Shown: positions 7,482-17,674 of the stretch, piece after piece
Layout: every line of letters begins with the position of its first letter
Position numbering within the stretch: position 1 is the stretch's first letter
Assembly: GCA_031379565.1 (NCBI GenBank)
Contig: JANNFH010000268.1
Coordinates: forward strand, 1-36,359
Length of the DNA stretch: 36,359 nucleotides
Reading direction: 5' to 3'
DNA from: Alphaproteobacteria bacterium
Lineage (GTDB): Bacteria; Pseudomonadota; Alphaproteobacteria; Caulobacterales; Aquidulcibacteraceae
Program-made: the position numbers and the translations under genes
Notes under the pieces: model-generated
The model's database searches: none
The model's input: the letters and a program-made list of their open reading frames with translations, nothing else
Told to the model about the DNA's origin: nothing

Positions 7482-10454
7482 TCATCCGAGCGCTTCCTCG
7501 AGAAGCGTCTCCAATTCCTTCAAATGCTTCGACATCTGGCCCGCCGCGGTGGACGCCGTCGCAGGGCGCCCGGCATAGCGCGCGCGCTTAGCCTTGATGT
7601 TGAGCTTCTCCAGCGTGATTTCCAGCCACGGATCGGCGAAACTCCAGCCGCCCATGTTCTTGGGCTCCTCTTGGCACCAGACCAGCTCCGCGTTTGGAAA
7701 CCGCGCCAACTCTGTCATCGCCGACTTCATGGGCCACGGATAGAGTTGTTCCATCCGCAACAAGTAGATGTCGTCGAGGCCGCGTTTCTCGCGCGCGTCC
7801 AGCAAGTCGAAATACACCTTTCCCGAACAGACAACCACACGGCGAATGTGTGCGTCTGCCCGCACTTTCAGCGTAGTAAGCCCCGTGTCCAATTGCGCAT
7901 CATCCCACAACAGACGGTGAAACGACGCGCCCTCTGCGAAATCGGACAATGTCGAAACGCACTTCTTGTGTCGCAACAGCGATTTGGGGGTGAACACCAC
8001 CAGCGGCTTGCGGAACTTGCGGTGAATTTGCCGGCGCAAGGCGTGGAAATAATTCGCCGGCGTCGTGCAATTGACCACCTGCATGTTTTCTTCAGCACAT
8101 TGCTGCAAGAAGCGCTCCATGCGGGCGGAGGAGTGTTCAGGCCCCTGCCCCTCGTAGCCGTGCGGCAGCAGCAAGACGAGGCCGGACATGCGCAGCCATT
8201 TGCGCTCGCCGGAGGCGATGAATTGATCAATGACGACTTGCGCGCCGTTCACGAAATCGCCAAACTGCGCTTCCCACAACGTCAACGTGTTGGGATCGGC
8301 GGTAGCATAACCGTATTCGAAGCCGAGCACGGCTTCCTCGGACAATAGTGAATCGATCACTTCGTAGTGCGCTTGGCCGCCGCGCAAATGATTGAGCGGC
8401 GTATAGCGCTCCTCGGTGACTTGATCGACAAAATGCGAATGACGTTGGCTGAACGTGCCGCGCGCGGAATCCTGGCCCGACAAGCGCACCGGATGGCCTT
8501 CATTGAGCAGTGTGGCGAACGCTAAGTGCTCGCCCAACGCCCAATCGATGGCTTGGCCCTCGTCAACCGCCTTTCGCCGCGCTTCGATCACGCGCGCGAC
8601 GGTCTTGTGCATGTTGACGCTGGCAGGCATCTCGGTGATGCGGCAGCCAAGTTCGCGAAGCTGATCGGCGCTGACGTCAGTCTTTCCGCGCCGTTCTTCG
8701 TCCTCCGGCAAACCGAAACCGGTCCAAGCGCCGTCGAGCCAGTCGGCCTTGTTGGCCCGGTATGCTTTGCCGGCCTCGAATTCGCGGTCGAGGAACGCGT
8801 CAAAATCGCTGATCCAGCCCTGGATTTCAGCCGCGGTGGTGATTCCCTCCTTGATCAGGCGTTCGGAATAGATTGTGAGCGTTGTCGGCTGCTGGCGCAC
8901 ACGCTGGTACATGAGCGGCTGCGTCATCGTCGGGTCGTCGCCCTCGTTGTGGCCGAAGCGGCGATAACAGAACATGTCGACGACGACGTCCTTGCCGAAT
9001 TGTTGTCGGTATTCGGTCGCCACCTTGGCCGCGAAAGTGACAGCCTCAGGGTCATCGCCGTTAACGTGGAAGATCGGCGCCTGCACCATCAGCGCGACAT
9101 CGCTCGGGTACGGGCTAGACCGGGAAAAATGCGGCGCGGTGGTGAAGCCGATCTGGTTGTTGATGACGAAATGCACTGTGCCGCCGGTGCGATAGCCGCG
9201 CAGACCCGAGAGTGCAAAGCATTCAGCCACCACGCCCTGCCCCGCGAACGCAGCGTCGCCGTGAATCAAAAGTGGAAGCACTCGCGCGCGCAGCGCGTGC
9301 AGATCTTCGTCCGCTGTCCACGTTGAGCGTTGCGCCTGTTTCGCGCGCGCTTTGCCGAGCACGACCGGATTTACGATCTCGAGGTGGCTCGGATTAGCGG
9401 TCAGCGAAAGATGGACGACATTGCCGTCGAACTCACGGTCCGATGAAGCGCCCATGTGATATTTCACGTCACCGGAGCCCAGCACGTCATCGGGCGTCGC
9501 CGATCCGCCTTGGAATTCGTGAAATATCACTTGGTATGGCTTGCCCATCACCGCGGCGAGCACATTCAATCGCCCGCGATGGGCCATGCCAAGGATGATG
9601 TCCTCGACGCCCATGGCGCCGCCGCGTTTTATGATTTGCTCGAGCGCCGGGAGGATGGCTTCGCCGCCGTCAATGCCGAAGCGTTTGGCGCCCGGATGGC
9701 GCTTGCCGAGGAATTTCTCGAAATGCTCGCCTTCGATCAGCTTCTTCAGAATCGAGCGTTTGCCTTCAGGCGTAAACGCGATTTCCTTGTCCGGGCCCTC
9801 GATGCGTTGCTGTATCCAACTCTTTTCCGCCGGATCGGTGATGTGCATGAATTCGACGGCGAACGTGCCGCAATACGTGCGCTTCAGGATCGCCAGCATC
9901 TCATTGATGCTGGCGAATTGCAGACCAAGCACGCCGTCGATGAAAATCGGCCGATCAAGATCGGCGCTGCTGAAGCCGTAACTTGCCGGATCGAGATCGG
10001 CGCCGGCTTGCTCGCGCGTCTCGATGCCGAGCGGATCGAGATTGGCGGCGAGATGGCCGCGCGTGCGATAGGCGCGAATCATCATCAGCGCCCGAACCGA
10101 ATCTCGCGCGGCGCTCTGCACGTCTTCGGTGGAGGCGCTGGGCGCGTGGGCGCGAACGCTGGCATCGGCCTTGACTGCGACGGCCGCCCAATCGCCATCG
10201 AGCAGCGATGTGTAGTCGTCCGTCGCGGGTTGAGCCAATTCGGGCCGATACCAGGACGGACCTTCCACCGCCGCCCGCACGGCGGCGGGATCCTCTTTTA
10301 GGGACTGAAAAAATACCCGCCAAGACGGCGCCACCGAATTAGGATCGGCCAGATAGCGCGCATAAGTCTGTTCCACGAACAGCGCGTTGGCCCCGCTCAG
10401 GAAGCTCGTTTCGAGCAATGCGGCATTGGGCAAGCTGCGGGCGTCGTCCGCCAT
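7482..10454 (-). CDS. sucA: 2-oxoglutarate dehydrogenase E1
   Basis: [18 protein letters not shown] motif [30 protein letters not shown]; start MADDARS behind SD GAGGA. Confidence 0.98.
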   Translation of the reverse strand: MADDARSLPNAALLETSFLSGANALFVEQTYARYLADPNSVAPSWRVFFQSLKEDPAAVRAAVEGPSWYRPELAQPATDDYTSLLDGDWAAVAVKADASVRAHAPSASTEDVQSAARDSVRALMMIRAYRTRGHLAANLDPLGIETREQAGADLDPASYGFSSADLDRPIFIDGVLGLQFASINEMLAILKRTYCGTFAVEFMHITDPAEKSWIQQRIEGPDKEIAFTPEGKRSILKKLIEGEHFEKFLGKRHPGAKRFGIDGGEAILPALEQIIKRGGAMGVEDIILGMAHRGRLNVLAAVMGKPYQVIFHEFQGGSATPDDVLGSGDVKYHMGASSDREFDGNVVHLSLTANPSHLEIVNPVVLGKARAKQAQRSTWTADEDLHALRARVLPLLIHGDAAFAGQGVVAECFALSGLRGYRTGGTVHFVINNQIGFTTAPHFSRSSPYPSDVALMVQAPIFHVNGDDPEAVTFAAKVATEYRQQFGKDVVVDMFCYRRFGHNEGDDPTMTQPLMYQRVRQQPTTLTIYSERLIKEGITTAAEIQGWISDFDAFLDREFEAGKAYRANKADWLDGAWTGFGLPEDEERRGKTDVSADQLRELGCRITEMPASVNMHKTVARVIEARRKAVDEGQAIDWALGEHLAFATLLNEGHPVRLSGQDSARGTFSQRHSHFVDQVTEERYTPLNHLRGGQAHYEVIDSLLSEEAVLGFEYGYATADPNTLTLWEAQFGDFVNGAQVVIDQFIASGERKWLRMSGLVLLLPHGYEGQGPEHSSARMERFLQQCAEENMQVVNCTTPANYFHALRRQIHRKFRKPLVVFTPKSLLRHKKCVSTLSDFAEGASFHRLLWDDAQLDTGLTTLKVRADAHIRRVVVCSGKVYFDLLDAREKRGLDDIYLLRMEQLYPWPMKSAMTELARFPNAELVWCQEEPKNMGGWSFADPWLEITLEKLNIKAKRARYAGRPATASTAAGQMSKHLKELETLLEEALG

Positions 10455-10599
10455 GAAAGCCGTCCTCACGGAAACCCGTTTCGGGCATGAGACATATGGG
10501 GTCGCCAACGTTCGGCGCCCCTCGGAAGCGGCTTCTAAAGTGCGTCGCGGACGGAAAGAAGAGGCCCGAGCCGCAAAGCCCTGCTCCCAGGCGCGCGGC

Positions 10600-11484
10600 T
10601 CAGCTTTTCAACAGCTCAGACATCGTCCGCCCCAACGCCGCCGGGTGCGGGGAAACCCTGATGCCGGCGGCTTCCAAAGCGGCGATTTTGGATTCCGCAT
10701 CGCCCTTGCCGCCCGAAATGATGGCGCCGGCGTGGCCCATGCGGCGGCCAGGGGGCGCTGTGCGCCCGGCGATGAAGCCGACAGTCGGCTTCCAGCGGCC
10801 CTTCTTCTTTTCGTCGGTCAAGAATTGGGCGGCGTCTTCCTCAGCGGCGCCGCCGATTTCGCCGATCATGATGATGGCTTCGGTGGCCGGATCGCTCAGA
10901 AAGCGCTCCAGCACATCGATGAATTCCATGCCCTTTACCGGGTCGCCGCCAATGCCGACGGCGGTGGTTTGGCCCAGGCCTTCATTGGTGGTCTGAAACA
11001 CCGCTTCATAAGTCAGCGTGCCCGAGCGCGATAGAATGCCAATCTTGCCCTTCTTGAAGATTTGGCCGGGCATGATGCCGATCTTGCACTCGTTCGGCGT
11101 CAGCACGCCGGGGCAATTGGGGCCGAGCAGCATCGAGTTCGATTTCTGCAGCCTCGCCTTCACCCGCACCATGTCGAGCACGGGAATGCCTTCGGTGATG
11201 CACACGATCAGCGGGATTTCCGCGTCGATGGCTTCCTCGATGGCGGCGGCAGCGTGCGGCGGCGGCACGTAGATCACGCTGGCGTCGGCGCCGGCTTTCT
11301 CCTTCGCTTCCGCTACCGTGTTGAACACCGGCAGCCCCAGATGCGTCTGCCCGCCTTTCCCCGGCGATACGCCGCCCGTCATCTTCGTGCCGTAGGCGAT
11401 CGCCTGCTCGGTATGGAAGGTGCCGTTCTTTCCGGTGAAGCCCTGGCAAATGACGCGCGTGGCGGCGTTGACGAGAATGGACAT
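10600..11484 (-). CDS. sucD: Succinyl-CoA synthetase alpha subunit
   Basis: [26 protein letters not shown], phospho-His motif MGHAGA. Confidence 0.98.
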   Translation of the reverse strand: MSILVNAATRVICQGFTGKNGTFHTEQAIAYGTKMTGGVSPGKGGQTHLGLPVFNTVAEAKEKAGADASVIYVPPPHAAAAIEEAIDAEIPLIVCITEGIPVLDMVRVKARLQKSNSMLLGPNCPGVLTPNECKIGIMPGQIFKKGKIGILSRSGTLTYEAVFQTTNEGLGQTTAVGIGGDPVKGMEFIDVLERFLSDPATEAIIMIGEIGGAAEEDAAQFLTDEKKKGRWKPTVGFIAGRTAPPGRRMGHAGAIISGGKGDAESKIAALEAAGIRVSPHPAALGRTMSELLKS

Positions 11485-11516
11485 GAAAGCCGGCCCCTGG
11501 GCGTGAACGAAGCGGC

Positions 11517-11545
11517 GTCCTAGCCCACGCCGCCCCGTCCCGCAA
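11517..11545 (-). promoter_or_regulatory. Putative sigma70 promoter for sucD (TTGCGG-N17-TAGGAC)
   Basis: TTG -35, 17-nt spacer, GC-TAGGAC -10 resembling the Caulobacter housekeeping consensus GCTANAWC. Confidence 0.55.
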
Positions 11546-11556
11546 ACCCCGCCACG

Positions 11557-11925
11557 TCAGCCCATGACGTAGACATTGAGCTTGTTGCCGTCCGGATCGC
11601 GGAAATAGCCGGCGTAAAAGCCATCGCCGCGGGGGCCGCCCGGGCCCTCATCCTGCGCGCCAAGCGACAAAGCGAGCGCAAAAACCCGGTCCACCTGCGC
11701 GCGATCTTTTGCTTCAAAAGCGGCCATGACACCGTTGCCCACACTGGCGGGCTTGCCGTCGAACGGCTTGGTGAGGCCAATGCCAGCGCCGCCGCCGGGC
11801 TTGCCCCAGGCGATGAAAGTCTCGCTTTCCATCATCCGCGAAACGCCAAACTCGCCGCAGATGGCATCATAGAACGCCGCCGCGCGCGGCAAATCGTTGG
11901 TGCCCAACGTGACATAGCCGATCAT
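11557..11925 (-). CDS. VOC/glyoxalase family protein
   Basis: MIGYVTLGTNDLPRAAAFYD...GNGVMAAF...FYAGYFRDPDGNKL; SD GGGGAGGA. Confidence 0.92.
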   Translation of the reverse strand: MIGYVTLGTNDLPRAAAFYDAICGEFGVSRMMESETFIAWGKPGGGAGIGLTKPFDGKPASVGNGVMAAFEAKDRAQVDRVFALALSLGAQDEGPGGPRGDGFYAGYFRDPDGNKLNVYVMG

Positions 11926-12004
11926 GGCTTCCTCCCCTTTTCCGCCGCCGCTTTCATGCTAAGCGGTCGGCAAGCGCTTCTAGCGTGCTCAGGGCGAATT
12001 CGAA

Positions 12005-12589
12005 ATGGAAAAAGATCGATTGCTTGCTTTCAGCGACGGCGACGGCGTCATCGCCATCATCATCACCATCATGGTGCTGGAGCTGCACGTTCCGCACGAG
12101 GCCACCCTTTCGGCCTTGCTGCCTCTGGCGCCGAAATTTCTCAGCTATCTGCTCAGCTTTTTGTACGTCGCGATCTATTGGAACAACCACCATCACATGA
12201 TGCACACGGTGCACAAAGTGAACGGCGCCATCCTCTGGGCCAATATCGCGCTCTTGTTCTTCCTTTCACTGCTGCCATTCACGACCGATTGGATGGGCGA
12301 AACCCACGGCGCCAAATGGCCGACCATCATCTACGGCGTTTCCTTGCTGGCGCCGGCGCTGGCTTATTACACGTTGCAAACGCTCATCGTCCGCGCTCAT
12401 GGCGCCGATCATGCGCTGAAGCGCGCCATCGGTTGGGATTGGAAAGGCAATCTCTCGCCCTTCCTATATTTTAGCGGCATCGCCGCGGCCTTCTACGATC
12501 CGCGCATCGGCCAAGCGCTGTTTGTTCTGGTGGCGCTGATTTGGCTCGTGCCGGATGGGCGGATCGAGCGAGCGGTGGCGGGAAAGTGA
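12005..12589 (+). CDS. TMEM175 family (DUF1211) K+ channel
   Basis: RLLAFSD signature, IAIIITIMVLEL, YLLSFLYVAIYWNNHHH, SLLPFTT; carries a DG duplication after FSD. Confidence 0.9.
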   Translation: MEKDRLLAFSDGDGVIAIIITIMVLELHVPHEATLSALLPLAPKFLSYLLSFLYVAIYWNNHHHMMHTVHKVNGAILWANIALLFFLSLLPFTTDWMGETHGAKWPTIIYGVSLLAPALAYYTLQTLIVRAHGADHALKRAIGWDWKGNLSPFLYFSGIAAAFYDPRIGQALFVLVALIWLVPDGRIERAVAGK

Positions 12590-12592
12590 GTT

Positions 12593-13165
12593 TCATGGCG
12601 ATGGCAATGGACCCACACCTTCCATCGACAACGAGTACCCAGAAAGGCCTAGGATTTCGGCCGCTTCACTCCCGGCGTAAACTTGGCCGAACTTGATGGA
12701 AAAAACGCGCGGCAGCAACATCGGACGAGCCCAATCGTATCGAACTCCCTCTTCGGTTTGGTGAACTTCCGGCTCGGTGTCCAGCCACGCTGTGATCTCG
12801 TCTGCCCTCAGTTCAGTGGCAGCTTGAATGTCGTATAGCGTGCATGTGTACATCATGATTTGCGGGAGTCGCGCCTCGCCGACGAGCAGCAAGTATTGCC
12901 GGTCATTTGCGCCGTGAACCAGAATGGACAAACGTTGGTCCGGTGCCATTTGCTCCATCAACCGGACAATTTCACCAAGTGGGGCGCTTTGTTCGTTCGT
13001 TGCATCAAGCCAACCAAATGCGCGCGCCGCGTCCGCCACCTCAGACCGTGGGCGGGGCATGCCGCAAATTTGCTGAAAGGCGAGCACACGATCGTCCCCA
13101 ACCTCAGCCGCCGCATGCGCGGGTGCGAGGAACAGGAAAATGAAGCCAAGAAACATGGTGCGCAT
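12593..13165 (-). CDS. Hypothetical secreted protein
   Basis: Signal-peptide-like [20 protein letters not shown]; SD-like AAGGGA; fills the gap after sucC; no family recognised. Confidence 0.7.
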   Translation of the reverse strand: MRTMFLGFIFLFLAPAHAAAEVGDDRVLAFQQICGMPRPRSEVADAARAFGWLDATNEQSAPLGEIVRLMEQMAPDQRLSILVHGANDRQYLLLVGEARLPQIMMYTCTLYDIQAATELRADEITAWLDTEPEVHQTEEGVRYDWARPMLLPRVFSIKFGQVYAGSEAAEILGLSGYSLSMEGVGPLPSP

Positions 13166-13192
13166 TGCTAATCCCTTCTCGCTCGCCGCGAC

Positions 13193-14386
13193 TCAACCCT
13201 TCACCGCCTTCACAATCTTCCGCGCCGCGTCCTCCAAATCATTCGCGGCGATCACGTTCAGCCCGCTGTCGCGGATAATCTGCTTGCCGAGTTCGACGTT
13301 GGTGCCTTCGAGCCGCACCACCAGCGGCACTTCAAGGCCCATTTCCTTCACCGCTTCGATCACGCCGGTGGCGATCACGTCGCAGCGGGCGATGCCGCCG
13401 AAAATGTTGACGAGAATGCCCTTCACTTTCGGATCGGCGAGAATGATCTTGAACGCGGCTTGCACTTTGTTTTTGTCGGCGCCGCCGCCGACATCTAGGA
13501 AGTTCGCCGGCTCGGCGCCGAACAATTTGATAATGTCCATCGTCGCCATGGCGAGGCCCGCGCCATTGACCAGGCAGCCGATCTCACCATCGAGCGCGAT
13601 GTAGGACAGATCGAATTTAGAGGCTTCGATCTCGCGTTCATCTTCTTCGCCGAGATCGCGCAGTTCGGCCCATTCGGGGTGGCGGAACGCGGCGTTCGAA
13701 TCGAAGCTCACCTTCGCGTCGAGGCAAACTAGTCGGTCGTCCTTGGTGACGATCAGCGGGTTCACTTCGAGCAAGCTCATGTCGCTCTTCACGAATGCCG
13801 TGTAGAGTCGCGCGATCAGCTCGCCGCAAGCGCGCTCGAGATCACCGCCCAGGCCCAAAGCGCGCGCGATTTTCGTCACGTCGTTATTGGTCGGGCCGGT
13901 TGCCGGATCGATGGCGACGTTGGTGATCTTCTCGGGCGTATCGTGCGCCACTTCCTCGATGTTCATGCCGCCCGCTTCGGACGCCACGAACGCGACGCGC
14001 CCGCTCTCGCGATCGACCAACGCGGAAAGATAAAGCTCGCGCGCGATTTGCGCGCCTTCCTCGACATAGATGCGCTTGACGACACGCCCGGCGGGACCGG
14101 TCTGCTTGGTCACCAAAGTGCGGCCGAGCATTTGGGTCGCGAACAAGCCAACTTCTTCGGGCTTATGCGCCAAGCGCACGCCGCCTTTTTCGCCAGCTTC
14201 CGCTTCCTTGAACTTGCCCTTGCCGCGTCCGCCGGCGTGGATTTGCGTTTTCACCACCCAAAGATCGCCGCCAAGCTTGGCCGCTGCATCAATTGCCTCC
14301 TCCGGTGTGAACGCGGGAAAGCCACGCGGAACCGAGACGTTGAAGGTCTTGAGCAGAGCTTTGGCTTGGTATTCGTGGATATTCAT
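13193..14386 (-). CDS. sucC: Succinyl-CoA synthetase beta subunit
   Basis: [54 protein letters not shown]. Confidence 0.98.
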   Translation of the reverse strand: MNIHEYQAKALLKTFNVSVPRGFPAFTPEEAIDAAAKLGGDLWVVKTQIHAGGRGKGKFKEAEAGEKGGVRLAHKPEEVGLFATQMLGRTLVTKQTGPAGRVVKRIYVEEGAQIARELYLSALVDRESGRVAFVASEAGGMNIEEVAHDTPEKITNVAIDPATGPTNNDVTKIARALGLGGDLERACGELIARLYTAFVKSDMSLLEVNPLIVTKDDRLVCLDAKVSFDSNAAFRHPEWAELRDLGEEDEREIEASKFDLSYIALDGEIGCLVNGAGLAMATMDIIKLFGAEPANFLDVGGGADKNKVQAAFKIILADPKVKGILVNIFGGIARCDVIATGVIEAVKEMGLEVPLVVRLEGTNVELGKQIIRDSGLNVIAANDLEDAARKIVKAVKG

Positions 14387-14410
14387 GGAATCCCTCGGTT
14401 GCGGGCCGTT

Positions 14411-15718
14411 CTATATCAGGCCGAAGGCCGCTCCCGCCAGCCCGGCCAACGCGCAAGCGGCGATAACAATCAGCAAATTGAGCTTGAACCGAATCAGAGC
14501 GAAGCCAGCGGCAAGGGCAAGCACAATGGCCCACAGGCGCGGCGCAAAGATGTCAGGCAGCGTCGCCGGGCCGATCTCGATTTGCGCCGTGAACAAGGCG
14601 TGCGCGGCGAAGAACAGCGCCAGCTTGGCGATGATGCCGAAAACAGCGGCGCTGATCGCAGCAAGGGCGCCCACGGCGGCGGGGTGGCGTTCGACTCGCT
14701 CGGCCAGCGGCGCGCCGGCGAAAATCCAGACAAAGCTCGGCGCGAACGTGCACCAGAGCGCAACCGCCGCCCCGGCAAGCGCAAGCCCCGTCCCGCCCAC
14801 GTGCCAGCCGGCCAGAAAGCCGACAAATTCATTGACCAAGATCAGCGGCCCCGGCGTGGTTTCAGCCAGGCCGAGCCCATCAATCATCTGCTCTGGCGTG
14901 AGCCAACCGCGCGCGGCAGCCTCGGCCGCGAGGTAAGCAAGTAACGCGTAGGCGCCGCCGAAGGTGACGCAAGCGAGCATTGAGAACAGCAACGCGATCC
15001 GGAACAGGATATGGCTCGTGCCGAATGTGGCGCCAATTAGCGCAACTGGAGCGAACCAAAGGACAATCCACAACAGCGCGTGTGTAAATGATTCCCCCCC
15101 CCCTTGCGGGGAGGGGGGTGGGGGGCGTGCGGCTGCCGCCAACGTCGGCGTGTCGGAACGCCCCCCCTCCCTGCCCTCCCCCGTAAGGGGGGAGGGGAAG
15201 AATGCACCGCACGCACCAGTACAAACGATCACTAACGGAAACGGCGCGCCGAGCATGAGCGCTGCGAACGCCGTAACAGCGATAAACAATGCCGCGCGTG
15301 TCTTCAGCGCGCGCTTGCCGACCTTCGCCAATGCTTCCGCAACGAGCGCGACGACCGCGCATTTGACGCCGTCGAACGCGGCCGCGGCAAGCGGCGCATC
15401 GCCGTAGAGCGCGTAGAACCAAGAAAGTGCAAGCACGACAAGCGCGCCCGGCAACACGAACAGCCAACCGGCGATCAGCGCACCGGGCCAACCTCGTAGG
15501 CGCCAGCCGACATAGGTCGCGAGCTGTTGCGCCTCAGGGCCTGGCAGCAGCATGCAAAACGCCAGCATGCGTTGGAAACGCGCTTCATCGATCCATTGGC
15601 GCTCTTCGACGAAGCACTTGTGCATTAGCGCGATCTGGCCAACCGGGCCACCGAAGCCAAGGCAGCCGATTCGGAGCGATTCGCGAAACAGCGTTGCAAG
15701 AGTCGGTGGTGCTTTCAT
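14411..15718 (-). CDS. chrA: Chromate efflux transporter, long-chain CHR family
   Basis: Two CHR repeats: GFGGPVGQIA...LLPGPEAQQLATY and TFGGAYA...AETTPGPLI. Confidence 0.92.
   Translation of the reverse strand: MKAPPTLATLFRESLRIGCLGFGGPVGQIALMHKCFVEERQWIDEARFQRMLAFCMLLPGPEAQQLATYVGWRLRGWPGALIAGWLFVLPGALVVLALSWFYALYGDAPLAAAAFDGVKCAVVALVAEALAKVGKRALKTRAALFIAVTAFAALMLGAPFPLVIVCTGACGAFFPSPLTGEGREGGRSDTPTLAAAARPPPPSPQGGGESFTHALLWIVLWFAPVALIGATFGTSHILFRIALLFSMLACVTFGGAYALLAYLAAEAAARGWLTPEQMIDGLGLAETTPGPLILVNEFVGFLAGWHVGGTGLALAGAAVALWCTFAPSFVWIFAGAPLAERVERHPAAVGALAAISAAVFGIIAKLALFFAAHALFTAQIEIGPATLPDIFAPRLWAIVLALAAGFALIRFKLNLLIVIAACALAGLAGAAFGLI
15092..15199. repeat. 108-nt palindromic element inserted in frame within chrA
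   Basis: Ends TTCCCC...GGGGAA; two inverted arms, each a hairpin (C10-TTGC-GGGGAGGGGG and CCCTCCCCC-GTAA-GGGGGGAGGG); translated as FPSPLTGEGREGG...RPPPPSPQGGGE. Confidence 0.85.
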
Positions 15719-15805
15719 GCCTCAGCCCGCGCATCGTTGGGCGATGCTTGGGCGAGGCGCCTGAGCGGGAGATCGCTTGTCCCGCGCCTCATCGCTAGCG
15801 CGGCG

Positions 15806-17062
15806 TCACGATGGCCGCAATCCCGGATCAGCTTGGGGCTTGTCTTCGCCGTAGGCGATCTCGCCGGCGGCGACGCTGGTCCCCAATTGCGGCGCGAATT
15901 CTTCCTTGGTGGCGGAAGCCGACGCCTCGCGGCTGCCGCGCCGCCAGAACATGGCCAGCGTTACCATCAAGGCAGCGCCGCCCGCGAACCAGAACATGCC
16001 CTCGATGCCGAACCAATCCACCAGTGGGCCCTGCACCAGCGGGCCAACGATCGAACCCGCCGCCCAAACGAACAACAAGCCCGCCACCGATTGCGCCAAG
16101 CGGTGCGGCTCGGCGCGGTCGGCCATGTGTGCGACGGCGAGTCCATAGAAGGAGAGCGCCCCCGCGCCCCAGAAAAAGAAAATGAGAACGGCGCTCCATT
16201 CCGGCATCCGCCCGCTGAACAAGGCCAGCGCGAACGCGGCCAGGGCTGCGAGTGCGGTAAGCGCGGCGATTACCAGACGGCGATCGACGCGGTCCGACAA
16301 CCGCCCTGCTGGCCATTGCAACAGCAGCGAGCCCGCCCACGCCGCCGAATAGAATTCCGCCGCCGAGCCCGGGCCATAGTGCTGTGAGGCATAGAGCGGC
16401 GCCAGCGTCAGCACGCCGGAATTGACGAGCCCCGCGCCGAACGAGGCGATCACGGCGGCCGGCGCAGTGGCGAATTGCTCCACCAGCGCCAGCGGCTGGG
16501 CCTTTGGCGGCGCGGGCTGCTCAGCCGAGGTGAAGCATATTGGCAGCATTGACAGCGCGGCGATGCCGGCGGCGATCATCCACGGCTCGGCGGCATCGAC
16601 CTCGTAGGAGAAGGCAAGGTACGGGCCAAGTGCGAGCGCCGCCTTGGTGACGACCATATAGACGCTCAGCACTTCCCCGCGAGCGCCCTTACCGATCGAA
16701 AAATTGAGCCAGCTTTCAATCGTGGCGAACATCAGCGCAACCACCAGACCCGCAGCCATACGCGCGAGCCCCCAGCCCCAGAGGTCGTGCACAAAATGCA
16801 GCGCCAGCGTGGTCGTCGCGAAGATCGCCGCGCAGGCGGCGTAGACCCGGATGTGACCAACGCGCGCCAGCAGCATGGTGCAGATCGTCGCGCCCATCAT
16901 GAAGCCTGCGGAATAGGACGCGGCGATCAAGCCGAGCGCGGTATTGGAGTGCCCGTCAGCGGCGACAGCGAGCGGCAGGCGCACACCCAGCAGCCCGCCG
17001 GCGAGCTGCAGGATGGTGAGCGCGGCGATCAGGGCGGCGACGTTGCGCAGCAGGCTCGTCAT
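15806..17062 (-). CDS. MFS transporter (YcaD-like)
   Basis: About 12 TM; ARVGHIRVY, IESWLN, LQWPAGRLSDRVDRR MFS loop motif. Confidence 0.9.
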   Translation of the reverse strand: MTSLLRNVAALIAALTILQLAGGLLGVRLPLAVAADGHSNTALGLIAASYSAGFMMGATICTMLLARVGHIRVYAACAAIFATTTLALHFVHDLWGWGLARMAAGLVVALMFATIESWLNFSIGKGARGEVLSVYMVVTKAALALGPYLAFSYEVDAAEPWMIAAGIAALSMLPICFTSAEQPAPPKAQPLALVEQFATAPAAVIASFGAGLVNSGVLTLAPLYASQHYGPGSAAEFYSAAWAGSLLLQWPAGRLSDRVDRRLVIAALTALAALAAFALALFSGRMPEWSAVLIFFFWGAGALSFYGLAVAHMADRAEPHRLAQSVAGLLFVWAAGSIVGPLVQGPLVDWFGIEGMFWFAGGAALMVTLAMFWRRGSREASASATKEEFAPQLGTSVAAGEIAYGEDKPQADPGLRPS

Positions 17063-17124
17063 GGATGCCTGGTTCTAGGGGCGATTCCTTCCAGTTGAAA
17101 TCGCCAAAACCGCAAGCCTCTCCT

Positions 17125-17661
17125 TCAGCCGAAGAATACCCGCAAAATCAGCCGCCCCGGCAGGAAGTTCAGCGCGCCGGCGACGATCAAGCCGCCGACG
17201 AACATGCCGGTCATGGCGCTGCGGTGCGCCTTCACGTTGCCGCGCCGAATGGCGAACACCGCCATGGGCAGGGCAATGATGGTCCAGCCCGACAGCAAAT
17301 GGAGCAGCGAATACCCGTCGCGCAACGTGGTGATGAAAAGGCTCGACACCGCCGTAACCGCCATGGCCGTCACCCAGGCCCAGCCCTGCGCCTTGTGCAC
17401 AGCCCTCCCCTTCGGGCGCAGCATGATGACAACGCCGACAGCAAGGGCGGTTAAAGCGGCGCTGAGGTGGATTAGCAGCTTCAGCGGCTGAACCGCCAAC
17501 AAAGCCCAATTGGGCGCGTGCGGAATCCAGTCCGAGTCTCGCGCCGCGTTCAGGATGAAGGGGGCGAAAGGCGCAATGCCCGCGCCAAGGGCGAGTATCG
17601 CCACCGCCGAACCGGTCCAGCGCGGTAGCGATGCAAACCAGGGTCTCTGCAATTGGGCCAA
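17125..17661 (-). CDS. DUF2306-like membrane protein
   Basis: Conserved-His pattern IHL...PKGRAVHKAQGWAW...LLHLLS...AHRSAM...LPGRL; TTG start behind SD GAGGA. Confidence 0.8.
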   Translation of the reverse strand: MAQLQRPWFASLPRWTGSAVAILALGAGIAPFAPFILNAARDSDWIPHAPNWALLAVQPLKLLIHLSAALTALAVGVVIMLRPKGRAVHKAQGWAWVTAMAVTAVSSLFITTLRDGYSLLHLLSGWTIIALPMAVFAIRRGNVKAHRSAMTGMFVGGLIVAGALNFLPGRLILRVFFG

Positions 17662-17674
17662 TTGTTCCTCGCGG

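Noticed and set aside
10455-10599. Known sucA RNA motif or sigma32 promoter (CCCCATAT) upstream of sucA
   Set aside because: No properly spaced -35 for sigma32, and I cannot match the hairpins to the betaproteobacterial sucA motif by eye.
15745-15800. Fluoride riboswitch upstream of chrA (GCGATGAGGC start)
   Set aside because: Lacks the P1 closing strand and the conserved 3' GCUxAUG element; only a superficial 5' similarity.
17510-17674. 5' half of the 128-aa ORF as a genuine LytTR N-terminus
   Set aside because: It is the antisense of the DUF2306 gene; LytTR similarity begins only near 17675.
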